From the NCBI GenBank assembly GCA_963664435.2, contig CAXXKM010000001.1, forward strand, positions 32,001-96,000: 64,000 nucleotides of DNA, written 5' to 3'. The DNA is from Longimicrobiales bacterium (GTDB taxonomy: Bacteria > Gemmatimonadota > Gemmatimonadetes > Longimicrobiales > Gaopeijiaceae). Both the position numbers and the translations under genes were made by a program. Below are positions 28,845 to 38,791 of this stretch, in pieces. Positions within the stretch are counted from its first letter, which is position 1. The number at the start of each line of letters is the position of its first letter. The notes below the pieces were generated by a model. It was given only the letters and a program-made list of their open reading frames with translations, was not told the DNA's origin and ran no database searches.

Positions 28845-30229
28845 TCACGCGTCTCCACGCGCACGAATGGTTCCACCGCCTCGCGCGGCACCAGGGCCGG
28901 CCAGAAGGCCGCCACTTCGCGCACCCGCGGGCGCCCTTCCCCGAAGCCGGTCACCGAGGGGGGGCCGGTCAGCACCAGCGGGGCGACTTCGCGGCTGAAG
29001 CGCTCCACCGGGGCGCGCTCGCTGCCGCGAACCGCCACCCGCAGCTGCACTTCGGGCAGATCCGGCGGCGGCGGGCCCGCCAGCGCCCCGTGCGTCGAAT
29101 CCCACCCCACCAGGTCGGTGCGCACCTCGTCGAAGTGGAGTCCCAGCCGGTCGAGGCGGGCCCGCAGAACGCGGGCGGCCGCGCGCGCCTTGGCGGCCGC
29201 GTCCGGCCAGGCGTACACGAGCGTGCCGACCGCCCGCCACCCCCCCGAGTACACGATGGACGCCTTGAGCCGGCCGGTGGGCGGCCGGCCGCGCGCGCCC
29301 GTCACCCGCACCCGGTCCTTCCCCGCCCCGCTCAGCCGGACGGTGGTGAAGTCCGCGACCACGTCCGGCGTGGCATAGGCGGCCGGGTCGCCGATCTCGT
29401 AGACGATCTGCTCGGTGACGGTGGCGGGGCTCACGCGCCCCCCCGACCCCTCGTGCTTGGTGACCACGAACTCGCCGGTGGACTCCGCCTCGATGATGGG
29501 AAAGCCGACCCGGTCGAGGTCGGGGATGGTCCACCACTCGGCGAGGCAGTTCCCGCCGGTGGCCTGGGCGCCGCATTCGTTGACGTGGCCCGCCACCACC
29601 CCGGCGGCCAGGCGGTCGTGGTCGTCCGCCGCCCACCCGAACTCGTGCAGCAGGGGCGCCAGCGTGAGCGCCGCGTCCACGCACCGTCCGGTGACCACCA
29701 CGTCGGCGCCCCGCCCCAGCGCCTCCGCGATCGGGAACGCGCCCAGGTAGACGTTGGCTCCCGTCACCCGGTCACGGATGCTCGCCAGAGGCTCGCCGGT
29801 CTCCATGTTGCGCAGCTCATGGCCGCCGGCGAGCAGCTCGTCCAGCCGGGGCATGAGGTCGTCGCCGGTCACCACGCCCAGCCGCACGCGTCCGCGCACC
29901 CCCGCCCGCCGGGCCGCCCGCGCCACCTCGTCGGCACATCCTCCGGGATTCACCCCGCCGGCATTGGCGACCACCCGGATGCCGCGCTCCAGGCAGGCCG
30001 GCAGAATGCGCTCCATCAGCGAGACGAAGTCGCGCGCGTACCCGGCCTCCGGATTGCGGGCGCGCTGCTTGTGCAGGATCGACATGGTCACCTCGGCCAG
30101 GTAGTCCATGACCAGGTAGTCGATCGGTCCCTCCTCGACCTGTCGCACCGGCGCTTCCAGGTCGTCGCCCCAGAAACCGCCCGCGCCCGCGACCCGCACC
30201 GGCCGCGCGCCGCCACCTCCCACCCTCAC
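28838..30229 (-). CDS. Acyclic terpene utilization AtuA-family protein (DUF1446)
   Basis: GFWGD, DYLAEVTM, NAGGVNP, ANVYLGA, VVTGRCVD, GHVNECGAQATGGN, EQIVYEIGDP; GTGA overlap with the upstream gene. Confidence 0.9.
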   Translation of the reverse strand: MRVGGGGARPVRVAGAGGFWGDDLEAPVRQVEEGPIDYLVMDYLAEVTMSILHKQRARNPEAGYARDFVSLMERILPACLERGIRVVANAGGVNPGGCADEVARAARRAGVRGRVRLGVVTGDDLMPRLDELLAGGHELRNMETGEPLASIRDRVTGANVYLGAFPIAEALGRGADVVVTGRCVDAALTLAPLLHEFGWAADDHDRLAAGVVAGHVNECGAQATGGNCLAEWWTIPDLDRVGFPIIEAESTGEFVVTKHEGSGGRVSPATVTEQIVYEIGDPAAYATPDVVADFTTVRLSGAGKDRVRVTGARGRPPTGRLKASIVYSGGWRAVGTLVYAWPDAAAKARAAARVLRARLDRLGLHFDEVRTDLVGWDSTHGALAGPPPPDLPEVQLRVAVRGSERAPVERFSREVAPLVLTGPPSVTGFGEGRPRVREVAAFWPALVPREAVEPFVRVETREA

Positions 30230-31986
30230 GCCACACCCGGCGGCAGGTGGAACGCCCCCAGGTGCGGCCCGGGGTTGTTGAGCGCGGCCCGCAGCAGCAG
30301 CGCCAGAGCCCCGCGCAGCTCCTCGGGCAGCACCACCTCGTCCACGAACCCGCGGGCGCCGGCGAAGCGGGCGTCCAGCTGCCGGTCGTAGTCCTCCCGC
30401 ACCTCGTCCATGCGCGTGCGCAGCTCCTCGTCCGGCACCTCGCCGCGCTCGCGCAGCTCCTGCAGCTGCCGACTGAACAGCGCCATGACCGCGCTCTCGC
30501 CTTCCATCACTCCCATCCTTCCCGTGGGCAGCGACAGGATGAAGTCCGGGTCGAAGCCCTGGCCGGCCATCGCGTAGTAGCCCGCCCCGGAGGCGTGGTT
30601 CAGGGTCAGCACCATCTTGGGCACCGTCGCGCTCGCCATTGCCTCGACGAAGTGCGCGCCCGCGCGGATGATGCCGGAGCGCTCCGCTTTCGGCCCCACC
30701 ATGAAGCCCGATACGTCCTGCACGAAGACGAGTGGCCTGCGGCGGCGATTCATGGTCTCGATGAATCCGGCCACCTTCTCCGCGCTCTTCGTATAGACGA
30801 TGCCCCCGAACCGGGGCGGACCGCCCTCGGCATCGCGCACCATTCCGCGCGCGTTGGCGATGACCGCGACCTGCATCCCGTCGATGGCGCCGGTTCCGCA
30901 CATCATCTCGGGGGCGTACCGGGGCTGATATTCGACCAGCCCCGGCTCGTCCAGGATGCAACGCAGCACTTCCGGCATGTCGTAGGGATGCCGGTGATCG
31001 TCGGGGAGGAGATCGTAGAGGTCCTCCGCGGGCCGCGCCGGACCGGTGCGGGAAGCCGCGCGCGCAGTCCGCGGGGCGCCGGAGCCGTCCGCCCCGACCG
31101 GTGACCTCTCGTCGAAGTCAGCCGTGCGCGATCCATCTCCGGACGCCGCCCCGGGTCCTCCCCCGCGCGGCAGGGCTTCGACCAGCACGCGGATCTTGTC
31201 GATGCAGGCCGGATCGTCCTTCGCGAGGTAATGGGCGACCCCGCTGACCGACGTGTGCATGCGCGCGCCCCCGAGCTCCTCCGCCTCAACCGTCTGCCCG
31301 GTGGCCCCCTTGACCAGGTTGGGACCCCCGAGGCCCATGAAGCTGGTGCCCTCGACCATCACGATCACGTCCGAGAGCGCGGGCAGGTAGGCGCCCCCCG
31401 CGATGCAGGGACCCATGACCGCGGCGATCTGTGGGATGCCCAGGTAGCGGCGCATGAGGGAGTTGTAGTAGAAGATGCGCGCCGCCCCGTACTTTCCGGG
31501 GAAGACGCCTCCCTGGTACGGCAGGTTGACGCCCGCCGAGTCCACGAGATAGACGATGGGGATGCGGCAGCGCATGGCGATCTCCTGCGCCCGCAGGATC
31601 TTGGCGATGGTCTCGGGCCACCAGGCCCCGGCCTTGACGGTCGCATCGTTGGCGACCGCGACCACCTCGCGGCCGTGGACCCGTCCCACGCCGGTCACCA
31701 CCCCGGCGGCGGGCGCCCCGCCGTCGTAGAGGTCGTGCGCCACCAGCAGGCCGATCTCGACGAAGGTCTCGCCGGGGTCGAACAGCGCGGCGACCCGTTC
31801 GCGGGCCGTCCACTTGCCCCGGGCGTGCTCGCGCTCGATGCGCTTCGGCCCTCCACCCCGCCACAGCCGCGCCCGCAGATCCCTGAGCTCCTCGGCAAGC
31901 CGGCGTGCCCGCGGGACGCCCGGGCTTCCGGCGGAGCCGCGCCCGCCTCTCCCGCCGCGAGCCGATCCCGGGCTGCGCGGGCTCAC
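30226..31986 (-). CDS. Acyl-CoA carboxylase carboxyltransferase (beta) subunit, MCC/GCC-like
   Basis: [56 protein letters not shown]. Confidence 0.92.
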   Translation of the reverse strand: MSPRSPGSARGGRGGRGSAGSPGVPRARRLAEELRDLRARLWRGGGPKRIEREHARGKWTARERVAALFDPGETFVEIGLLVAHDLYDGGAPAAGVVTGVGRVHGREVVAVANDATVKAGAWWPETIAKILRAQEIAMRCRIPIVYLVDSAGVNLPYQGGVFPGKYGAARIFYYNSLMRRYLGIPQIAAVMGPCIAGGAYLPALSDVIVMVEGTSFMGLGGPNLVKGATGQTVEAEELGGARMHTSVSGVAHYLAKDDPACIDKIRVLVEALPRGGGPGAASGDGSRTADFDERSPVGADGSGAPRTARAASRTGPARPAEDLYDLLPDDHRHPYDMPEVLRCILDEPGLVEYQPRYAPEMMCGTGAIDGMQVAVIANARGMVRDAEGGPPRFGGIVYTKSAEKVAGFIETMNRRRRPLVFVQDVSGFMVGPKAERSGIIRAGAHFVEAMASATVPKMVLTLNHASGAGYYAMAGQGFDPDFILSLPTGRMGVMEGESAVMALFSRQLQELRERGEVPDEELRTRMDEVREDYDRQLDARFAGARGFVDEVVLPEELRGALALLLRAALNNPGPHLGAFHLPPGVA

Positions 31987-32405
31987 GTCGAAGCCCGCCC
32001 CGACGACGCGAACCACTCGCGGATGTAGGCGACCGCGTCCCCGGTGTGCGTGCCCGGCCCGAAGAGCCGGCCGATGCCCGCGGAATGGAGCGCGTCCGCG
32101 TCCGTCTCGGGGATGATGCCGCCCCCGGTAACCAGCACGTCGCCCAGCCCGGACTCGTCGAGGAGCCCCTTCACCCGGGGCAGCAGGGTCATGTGGGCGC
32201 CCGAGAGGATCGACAGCGCCACAACGTCGGCGTCTTCCTGAAGGGCGGCTTCCACGATCGCCTCCGGCGTCTGGTGAAGGCCGGTGTAGACGACCTCGAA
32301 GCCCGCGTCGCGGAAGGCGCTCACGATCACGCGCGCCCCGCGGTCGTGGCCGTCCAGTCCCGGCTTGGCCACCAGGACGCGGATCCTGCGGTGTGTTGAG
32401 GTCAT
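31983..32405 (-). CDS. Stand-alone cobalamin-binding subunit of an acyl-CoA mutase
   Basis: [12 protein letters not shown] (DxHxxG), SILSGAH, GGIIP, FGPGT. Confidence 0.93.
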   Translation of the reverse strand: MTSTHRRIRVLVAKPGLDGHDRGARVIVSAFRDAGFEVVYTGLHQTPEAIVEAALQEDADVVALSILSGAHMTLLPRVKGLLDESGLGDVLVTGGGIIPETDADALHSAGIGRLFGPGTHTGDAVAYIREWFASSGRAST

Positions 32406-33502
32406 GGCTCTTCGTCCCCGGACAAGATACCTCCCGCGGCGAGCAAGCGTTGTGCCGCTTCGTACACCGTCTCCCGCCCGCCGGCCACCATCCGGGCCGC
32501 CTCCGCGAAGCCGCCGCCCCCCGCAACCCGGCCCAGGTGTGCCTCCAGGGCGGCGCGCACTGCCGCCCGGATGCGTGCCTGCGCGCGGGCGATGCGGCGC
32601 GCCTCCAACGCCCCCGACCCCGCGAGGCCTCGGCGGTGGTCCTCGATGGCGCCCGCGACCGCGTCGATCCCCTCGCCCGTGGTGGCGACCGCAGCGAGCA
32701 CGGGGGGGATCCACCCGGGCGCGCCGGCCTCCTCGGCGAGCGCGCCGGCGCGCTCGCCGACGGTGGTCACGGCAGCAGGGCCGGAGGGCGTCCGTGCGAG
32801 CGTACCGTCTCCCGCGGCCGCCGCGTCCAGGCCGCCACCTTGCCGGCGGCGACCCAGCCCTACCGCATCGCGCAACTGCCGCGCGAGCGCACGCGCTCCC
32901 GGACGGTCCGACTTGTTCACCACGAAGATGTCGGCCACTTCGGCGAGTCCGGCCTTCATGGCCTGCACCTCGTCCCCCGATTCGGGCGTGAGCACCAGCA
33001 CCACCGTGTCGGCCGCCGCCGCGACCCCCAGCTCGGTCTGGCCGACGCCCACCGTCTCCAGAAGGACGCGGCCGAATCCGCTCCCCTCCATCAGGTCGAT
33101 CACGTCGTGCACCGCCTCGGCCATGCCGCCCCCCGCCCCGCGCGTCGCCATCGAGCGGATGAAGACGCCCCGGTCGAGCTGGAGCGCCGCCATGCGCACG
33201 CGATCTCCCAGCAGCGCGCCTCCGGAGTACGGCGAGGTGGGATCCACCGCGACGATCGCCACCTCCTCACCGGCCCCGCGCCAATGCCGGGCCAGCGCCG
33301 CCGCCAGGGTCGACTTCCCCGCCCCGGGCGGCCCGGTGATCCCCGTCCGGTGGCCCCGGCAGCCGCGCGCCGCCACCTGCGCCAGCAGCTCGCGGAACCC
33401 CGGGCGCCGGTCCTCCACCACCGAAATGGCCCGTGCCAGCGCCGCCCGCTCACCCGCGGCGCACCGCTCCGCGAGCGACCCTGCCCTCTCCAGGTCGTTC
33501 AT
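32402..33502 (-). CDS. meaB: MeaB/ArgK GTPase chaperone of B12-dependent mutases
   Basis: [51 protein letters not shown]. Confidence 0.93.
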   Translation of the reverse strand: MNDLERAGSLAERCAAGERAALARAISVVEDRRPGFRELLAQVAARGCRGHRTGITGPPGAGKSTLAAALARHWRGAGEEVAIVAVDPTSPYSGGALLGDRVRMAALQLDRGVFIRSMATRGAGGGMAEAVHDVIDLMEGSGFGRVLLETVGVGQTELGVAAAADTVVLVLTPESGDEVQAMKAGLAEVADIFVVNKSDRPGARALARQLRDAVGLGRRRQGGGLDAAAAGDGTLARTPSGPAAVTTVGERAGALAEEAGAPGWIPPVLAAVATTGEGIDAVAGAIEDHRRGLAGSGALEARRIARAQARIRAAVRAALEAHLGRVAGGGGFAEAARMVAGGRETVYEAAQRLLAAGGILSGDEEP

Positions 33503-33605
33503 CGCCGTCCCCGCACGGTCCTCTCCGGCATCGCCAACCCATCCCGTTCCCGGACCCCCGCGGGTACCGGGATGCCCTCACCCGCCGGGGCCGCCCCCCG
33601 GCCCG

Positions 33606-35276
33606 CTATGGGCGCCACGGTCGCGATCCCAGCCCGCGCGCGTGGCGCAACGGGTTGTCCAGCAGGTGCGCCGGGACGACCAGCACGACCAGGAACAGCA
33701 CCAGCGCGGCGAGCAGCCCGGCGGCCAGGACCCACACGTTGTCGAGCGAGATGTAGATGATGGCGGAGATGATGGCGGTGGAGGCGGCGAAGATGGAGAG
33801 CAGCAGCCGTCGACCCAGCAGCGTGAGAGAGCGCTCGAGGCCCTGGATGTCGCGCGGGTGCACCCGCACCCGAAGGTTCTCGCGCTCGGCCCGCACCAGC
33901 AACTCGCGTGCGGACCGCACCAGCCCACTGGTTTCGGACCACATATCCTTCGCGATCGCGACCGGCTCCCGGCCCGCCGTCCGCAGGATCTCGCTCCTGT
34001 GCGCGCGCACCACCCTGCGGAAGACCGCGAACGAGTCGAAGCGGGCGTCGTAGCCGGTCCCGATGCCCTCGAGCAGCACGAGCGTGCGGAACAGGTAGAC
34101 CAGCTCGCGCGGCAGCATGAGCGGCCAGGTGTAGAAGGTGTCCAGCACGTCGCGCACGCTCTCCTGTACCCGCCCATGCCGGCCCCGGCCGTCCTTGCGC
34201 GCGCTCTCGACCACCCGCACGATCTCGGTGGCGGCCTCGCGGATCTCCCCGCGCGACACCTCCGGGCCGATCATCCCCAGCCGGTACATGGCGCCGATGG
34301 CGCCGTCGATGTCCTCCCGCACCACGGCCATCGACAGGCCCAGGAGGGACTGGCGCGTCCAGCGCGGAACCTCGATGACGGCGCCCCAGTCGAGCACCAC
34401 CAGCGATCCGTCCTCGGCGACCAGCAGGTTGCCCGGATGGGGATCGGCGTGCAGGAACCCGTCCATCATCATCATGCGCAGGTACAGCGAAGAGAGCCTC
34501 TCCATCAGCAGGCTCGCCGAAGGGCGTCCCCGCCGGACCCGGTCTCCCAGGCGATCGATGGGGATCCCTTCCATGTACTGCATCACCATCACATGCCGCG
34601 TGGTCATCTCGTCGAAGACGCGCGGCGCCCTCACTGCGCGATCTCCGGCGAAGGCGCGCCGAAAGCGCCGGATGTTCTCGGCTTCGATGCGCAGGTCCAT
34701 CTCCTCCCGCACCTTCACCGAGAACTCGCGGATCACGTTGGCCAGCGCCCGCATGTGGTGGTTGGGGAACAGGACGTTGAGCCAGAAGACGATGCGGAAC
34801 GCCGTATCCACGTCCAGCGCCACGCGCTGCTCCACGCGCGGGCGGAGCACCTTGATCGCCACGTCGCGCCCGTCGAGCCGGCCCCGGTGCACCTGCCCCA
34901 GGCTGGCTGCGGCGATGGGTTCTCGCTCGAAGCTCTCGAAGAGATCCGGGAGCCTTCCGCCGAGTTCCCCCTCGATCACGCCCACGATCGCATCCGGAGC
35001 GGCGGGAGGCACCTGGTCCCGGAGCGTGCCCACGGCGGTGAGATAGGGCTCGGGAAGGATGTCCGCACGCGCGGCAAACATCTGCCCCAGCTTGATGAAC
35101 GCGGGCCCGAGCGCAGCGATGGTCCTGACCAGCCGGGCGGCGCGCCCCTCGTGGTGCCCGGGCCTTCGGCGTGCCGGACGCCCGACGAGGATCCAGCGCC
35201 GGCGGTCGCGCAGAAACGCGATCAGGAACGGCTGCAGACGAAGGAAGACCCACGCAAAACGTGCGATGCGCCTCAT
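33606..35276 (-). CDS. AarF/UbiB (ABC1) family atypical kinase
   Basis: LGPAFIKLGQ, AAASLGQVH, VAIKV, HADPHPGN, LDWG; two C-terminal TM helices. Confidence 0.92.
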   Translation of the reverse strand: MRRIARFAWVFLRLQPFLIAFLRDRRRWILVGRPARRRPGHHEGRAARLVRTIAALGPAFIKLGQMFAARADILPEPYLTAVGTLRDQVPPAAPDAIVGVIEGELGGRLPDLFESFEREPIAAASLGQVHRGRLDGRDVAIKVLRPRVEQRVALDVDTAFRIVFWLNVLFPNHHMRALANVIREFSVKVREEMDLRIEAENIRRFRRAFAGDRAVRAPRVFDEMTTRHVMVMQYMEGIPIDRLGDRVRRGRPSASLLMERLSSLYLRMMMMDGFLHADPHPGNLLVAEDGSLVVLDWGAVIEVPRWTRQSLLGLSMAVVREDIDGAIGAMYRLGMIGPEVSRGEIREAATEIVRVVESARKDGRGRHGRVQESVRDVLDTFYTWPLMLPRELVYLFRTLVLLEGIGTGYDARFDSFAVFRRVVRAHRSEILRTAGREPVAIAKDMWSETSGLVRSARELLVRAERENLRVRVHPRDIQGLERSLTLLGRRLLLSIFAASTAIISAIIYISLDNVWVLAAGLLAALVLFLVVLVVPAHLLDNPLRHARGLGSRPWRP

Positions 35277-35699
35277 GGGGAAGTCGTAGCCTCTTCGTCG
35301 CGGCGTTGAAGGGATGGGATGCCGTTGAGGCCGCGACCTCGCGCCAGCGCGACGAGGGAACCGGCCCCACGCGGAATCCCCGAGCATGGAGACAACCGGT
35401 GCCGCAAAGCTGGCCGCAACCTGCCGGCTTCGTCTACCCCGGAGGCTGCACGGGGATCACGAAAGCGGCATCCGGGAGGCAATCGGCCGCCGCGCGGTGA
35501 GCCCTCCTGGTGGACGAGTCCGCGGCCGCCGCGCATCTTGGTCCCGGCCCGTGCAACCGCGCGGACCCGGTTCGAGTCCCATGGATGGGCCGATTGCGGG
35601 CCGGGTCGGCTCATCCGCACCGGCATGGACCCGTGGCGCCCTGTCGCGGACGGGCCCGATCACGCTTCTCCCCCCCTGCTCACGGAGTTCCTGGAGACC

Positions 35700-36925
35700 A
35701 TGAACGACAAGGCCGAACACATCCGTTTCCGACATTCGATCAGGCTCGCGCTGGGCGGCGTCGGCGCAACCCTTGCGCTGGTCTCCGCCGGGGCCTGCGG
35801 CAGCGAGGGCGCCGAAGAGAATCGCACCGGCCTCGGTGCGGCGCAGGCGGTGCTCGAGCAGGAGTTCGCCGTCATCCAGACCGTGCGCGAACTGCCGGAC
35901 GGGCGCGTGCTGGTGGCCGATCCGCTGGGGCAGACGCTGGTGGCGGTCGACATGGAGACAGGAACCACCACCTCCCTCGGGCGCGTTGGCGAGGGGCCCG
36001 CGGAGTACCGCCAGCCGGACGCGGTGTGGCCGCTGCCGGGCGACAGGTCCCTCTGGTGGACCTCGGCAACGGGCGCCTGACCGAGATGGGCGCCGACCTG
36101 AGCTTTGGCGACACGCGACCCTACATGCTGGGTTCGTTGCAGATGGGGTCGCCGATCATGCTCGCGATTCCGCAGGGCGTGGACGATGGCGGGGGCATCT
36201 ACTTCCAGGGCTTCGGGATGAGCGCGGGTGGAGAGGTGGCCGATTCCTCGCAGGTTCTCCGCTACGACCTGGGGACGGAGGCGGTTGACACGGTGGTGAG
36301 CGTCAAGCTGACCGACCGCACCCGCCGCACCTCGGGCGGAGCGGCCAACCAGAACGTGTCGATCTCACCGATTCCGCTCTCGCCCGCCGACGCGTGGGGC
36401 GCGGCAGCGGATGGCCGGGTGGTGGTCGCCCGCTCGGTCCCCGGATCCGGCGAGTTCTGGGTGGAGTGGTTCGCGCCGGACGGCGAAGTGACGCGCGGAC
36501 CGGCCTATCCCTACGCCCCGGTGGGCATCGGAAGAGCCGAGATGGAGGAATGGCGCGACTCGCGCGCAGAGACCGGCGGCGGCATGACCATCGAGATGGA
36601 GGGGGTCAACGGCAACATGAACCTGCGCGCGGGCCGCAGAGGGGCCGCGGGCAACGACGACCTGGACAGCTACCAGTGGCCCGAAAGCAAGCCGGCCTTC
36701 TATGGACGCATTCCCGTCGACCCGACGGGACGCGCCTGGCTGCGCCGCCATACCGCGGCGGGCGATGCCCCCGCATACGATCTCTTCGACGGTTCCGGGA
36801 CGCGCACGGCGACCATCGAGCTGCCGATGGAACGCCGCGTGGTGGCGTTCGGCGAGGGCGTGGTCTACGCGGTGCGCATGGACGAGTTCGACCTGCAGTA
36901 CCTGGAAAGGTACGGGTTGCCGTAG
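35700..36925 (+). pseudogene. 6-bladed beta-propeller lipoprotein with a 1-nt frameshift near 36050 (pseudogene or sequencing error)
   Basis: One frame gives a lipobox (AGAC) and GRVGEGPAEY...PGDRSL; the protein-like sequence continues as LVDLGNGRL...MDEFDLQYLERY in another frame. Confidence 0.78.
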
Positions 36926-37033
36926 GCGAGATGCCGGGCCGGCATGGCGCTGCCGGCCCGGCGGATGAACCAGGCCGTTACGCGTCGAGTCCTTCGATCA
37001 GGCCGTCCACGTTCAATGCCATCATGTGTCTCC

Positions 37034-37471
37034 CTACCCCTGGGGCACATCTACCTGCACAGCCGCGCTCCCGGCCCCCGCGCGCACGTGCCCGTGGCCT
37101 CCGTCGCCGACCCGGATCCGCTCGAACCCCTCCGCACCCACATCGACCAGCGGGATGCTCGGGTAGCCCAGTTCCTCGGCGACCAGGACCCCCAGTACCA
37201 GGATGGCGTCGGTGGAGCCGAGGACGATGGCCGAGGGAGCGATGTCGCTGCGCAGCAGCTCGAGCATGATGGCGCTGGAGGAGCTGGAGCCGATCGCGCG
37301 CTCCATGACCAGGACGCGGCCGCGCACGGACTCGCCGAATTGCGGATGCCGGGGATCGGACACGCGGCCCGTCTCGGGATCCACGCCTCCCCAGAAGCTG
37401 AGGGGACGCTCGAGCACCAGCAGGCGCCCCCTGCCCTCCCCGGGATGCACGGGGACGCCGCTCAGCTCCAC
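37034..37471 (-). CDS. Aconitase X small (swivel) subunit, DUF126
   Basis: PLSFWGGVDPETG...HPQFGESV.GRVLVM....GSSS; overlaps the large-subunit stop. Confidence 0.88.
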   Translation of the reverse strand: MELSGVPVHPGEGRGRLLVLERPLSFWGGVDPETGRVSDPRHPQFGESVRGRVLVMERAIGSSSSSAIMLELLRSDIAPSAIVLGSTDAILVLGVLVAEELGYPSIPLVDVGAEGFERIRVGDGGHGHVRAGAGSAAVQVDVPQG

Positions 37472-38772
37472 AGGCCCTCGTCGCGGGTGACGCGTCCGGC
37501 CGCGGCCGAGCGCACGCAGTCCTCCAGGCTTCCGTAGACCACATCGTAGCCGGTGGTGGCGGGGGTGTAGTGCGCGAACTTCCCGGAGTTGGTCATGAGC
37601 ACGCTTCCGCGTGCGGGCAGGATGGGCGCGACCACGACGCAGGTATCGGCCACGATCTCGACCCCGGCCTCCTCGAATCGACGCAGATGTCCGTTCTGCT
37701 GCAGCCGCTGGTATTCCGCCCTTCCCGTGCAGACGTAGAAAGGAATCCTGAAGGGCTCCCGCCGAAGCAGCGCCTCGAGAAGGGAGAACTCGTCCCGGGA
37801 GAAGTGCGGGCTGCCGAGCGCGACCGCGTCGATTTCGAGTGTGCCGGTGGTGCTGAGCGCGTCCCGCACCCGCCGGAGTTCGCGTGCGCCGGGCGTGAGG
37901 ACGGCCTCGGGGGCCCGGCCGGCGAGCGCCGTCGCGAGGTCCGGGGCCTCCGGGGTGACGCCCTCTACGTGGAAGAGCCCGACCGCGCCGGAAGACGCCG
38001 ACGCCGCCCCCATCGCCTTCAGCTGGTCCTCGGTCACGGTCTCGGGGAGTCCGGTTACGACCGCGACCCGCTCGTCGACGGTGGCGCCGAGCCAGGTGCC
38101 CAGCACCGGGTAGAACACGTCGCGCTCCCTGAGCGCCGGATTGATCGCGCCGGTGTCCACCACCACGGTGGCCCGCCGGTTCTCCTCCAGGTGAAGGCCG
38201 GTGCGGGGCGCGCGGCCCGCCAGCGCGCAGCAGATGTCCATGAAGTCGCCGTAGCGGTTGGTGCGGGCGCCGAGCACCGAGTTGGCGAAGACCACGGCGT
38301 TGCTCTCGCCCCAGGCCACGTCCTGGCCGCGCTCGGGCCGGTGTCCAGCCTGGTAGGGCGCGCAGGTCCAGGTCGGACGGCAGCCCAGGGCCTCGTAGGC
38401 CCGCATTTGTCGCAACGCCATCTCCCGGCGATGGCCGGCGGAGCGCACGCGGCGCGGATGGAGCAGGTCGAGCGCCCCTACGTTCAGCGTGGTGGGGACG
38501 CCCACCTTGCCTCCAAGCGAAACGAGCCTTTCGGCGAACTCGACGCCCCCGTCGCCGTGGTAGAGGCAGCCGTCGATGTGCGCGGAAGCCACGGGCACCA
38601 GCTCCCGCGCCGCGAGGATGCGCGCCATCCGCACCACGATGCGCATCGCCAGTTGGGGCGCGGGCCCGGACGCGCCCTCCAGGATCCCGCGCTCCTCGTC
38701 CGAGAGAGTCAGGGACGAATCCGGCCTCGCCTTCGCGGCCTCAATCGCTTCCAGTTCCATCGCGTCTGCCAT
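37462..38772 (-). CDS. Aconitase X large catalytic subunit, DUF521
   Basis: AHIDGCLY, TWTCAPY, WGESNAVVFANSVLGART, LFHVEGVTPEA, GSPHFS, DTC, TNSGKFAHY. Confidence 0.92.
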   Translation of the reverse strand: MADAMELEAIEAAKARPDSSLTLSDEERGILEGASGPAPQLAMRIVVRMARILAARELVPVASAHIDGCLYHGDGGVEFAERLVSLGGKVGVPTTLNVGALDLLHPRRVRSAGHRREMALRQMRAYEALGCRPTWTCAPYQAGHRPERGQDVAWGESNAVVFANSVLGARTNRYGDFMDICCALAGRAPRTGLHLEENRRATVVVDTGAINPALRERDVFYPVLGTWLGATVDERVAVVTGLPETVTEDQLKAMGAASASSGAVGLFHVEGVTPEAPDLATALAGRAPEAVLTPGARELRRVRDALSTTGTLEIDAVALGSPHFSRDEFSLLEALLRREPFRIPFYVCTGRAEYQRLQQNGHLRRFEEAGVEIVADTCVVVAPILPARGSVLMTNSGKFAHYTPATTGYDVVYGSLEDCVRSAAAGRVTRDEGLWS

Positions 38773-38791
38773 TCTGTCGCGTCCTGAGGAA

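Noticed and set aside
38764..38773. GTCTGCCATT half-match to the hut palindrome
   Set aside because: It is the reverse complement of the AcnX start codons (ATG GCA GAC) and lacks the second arm.
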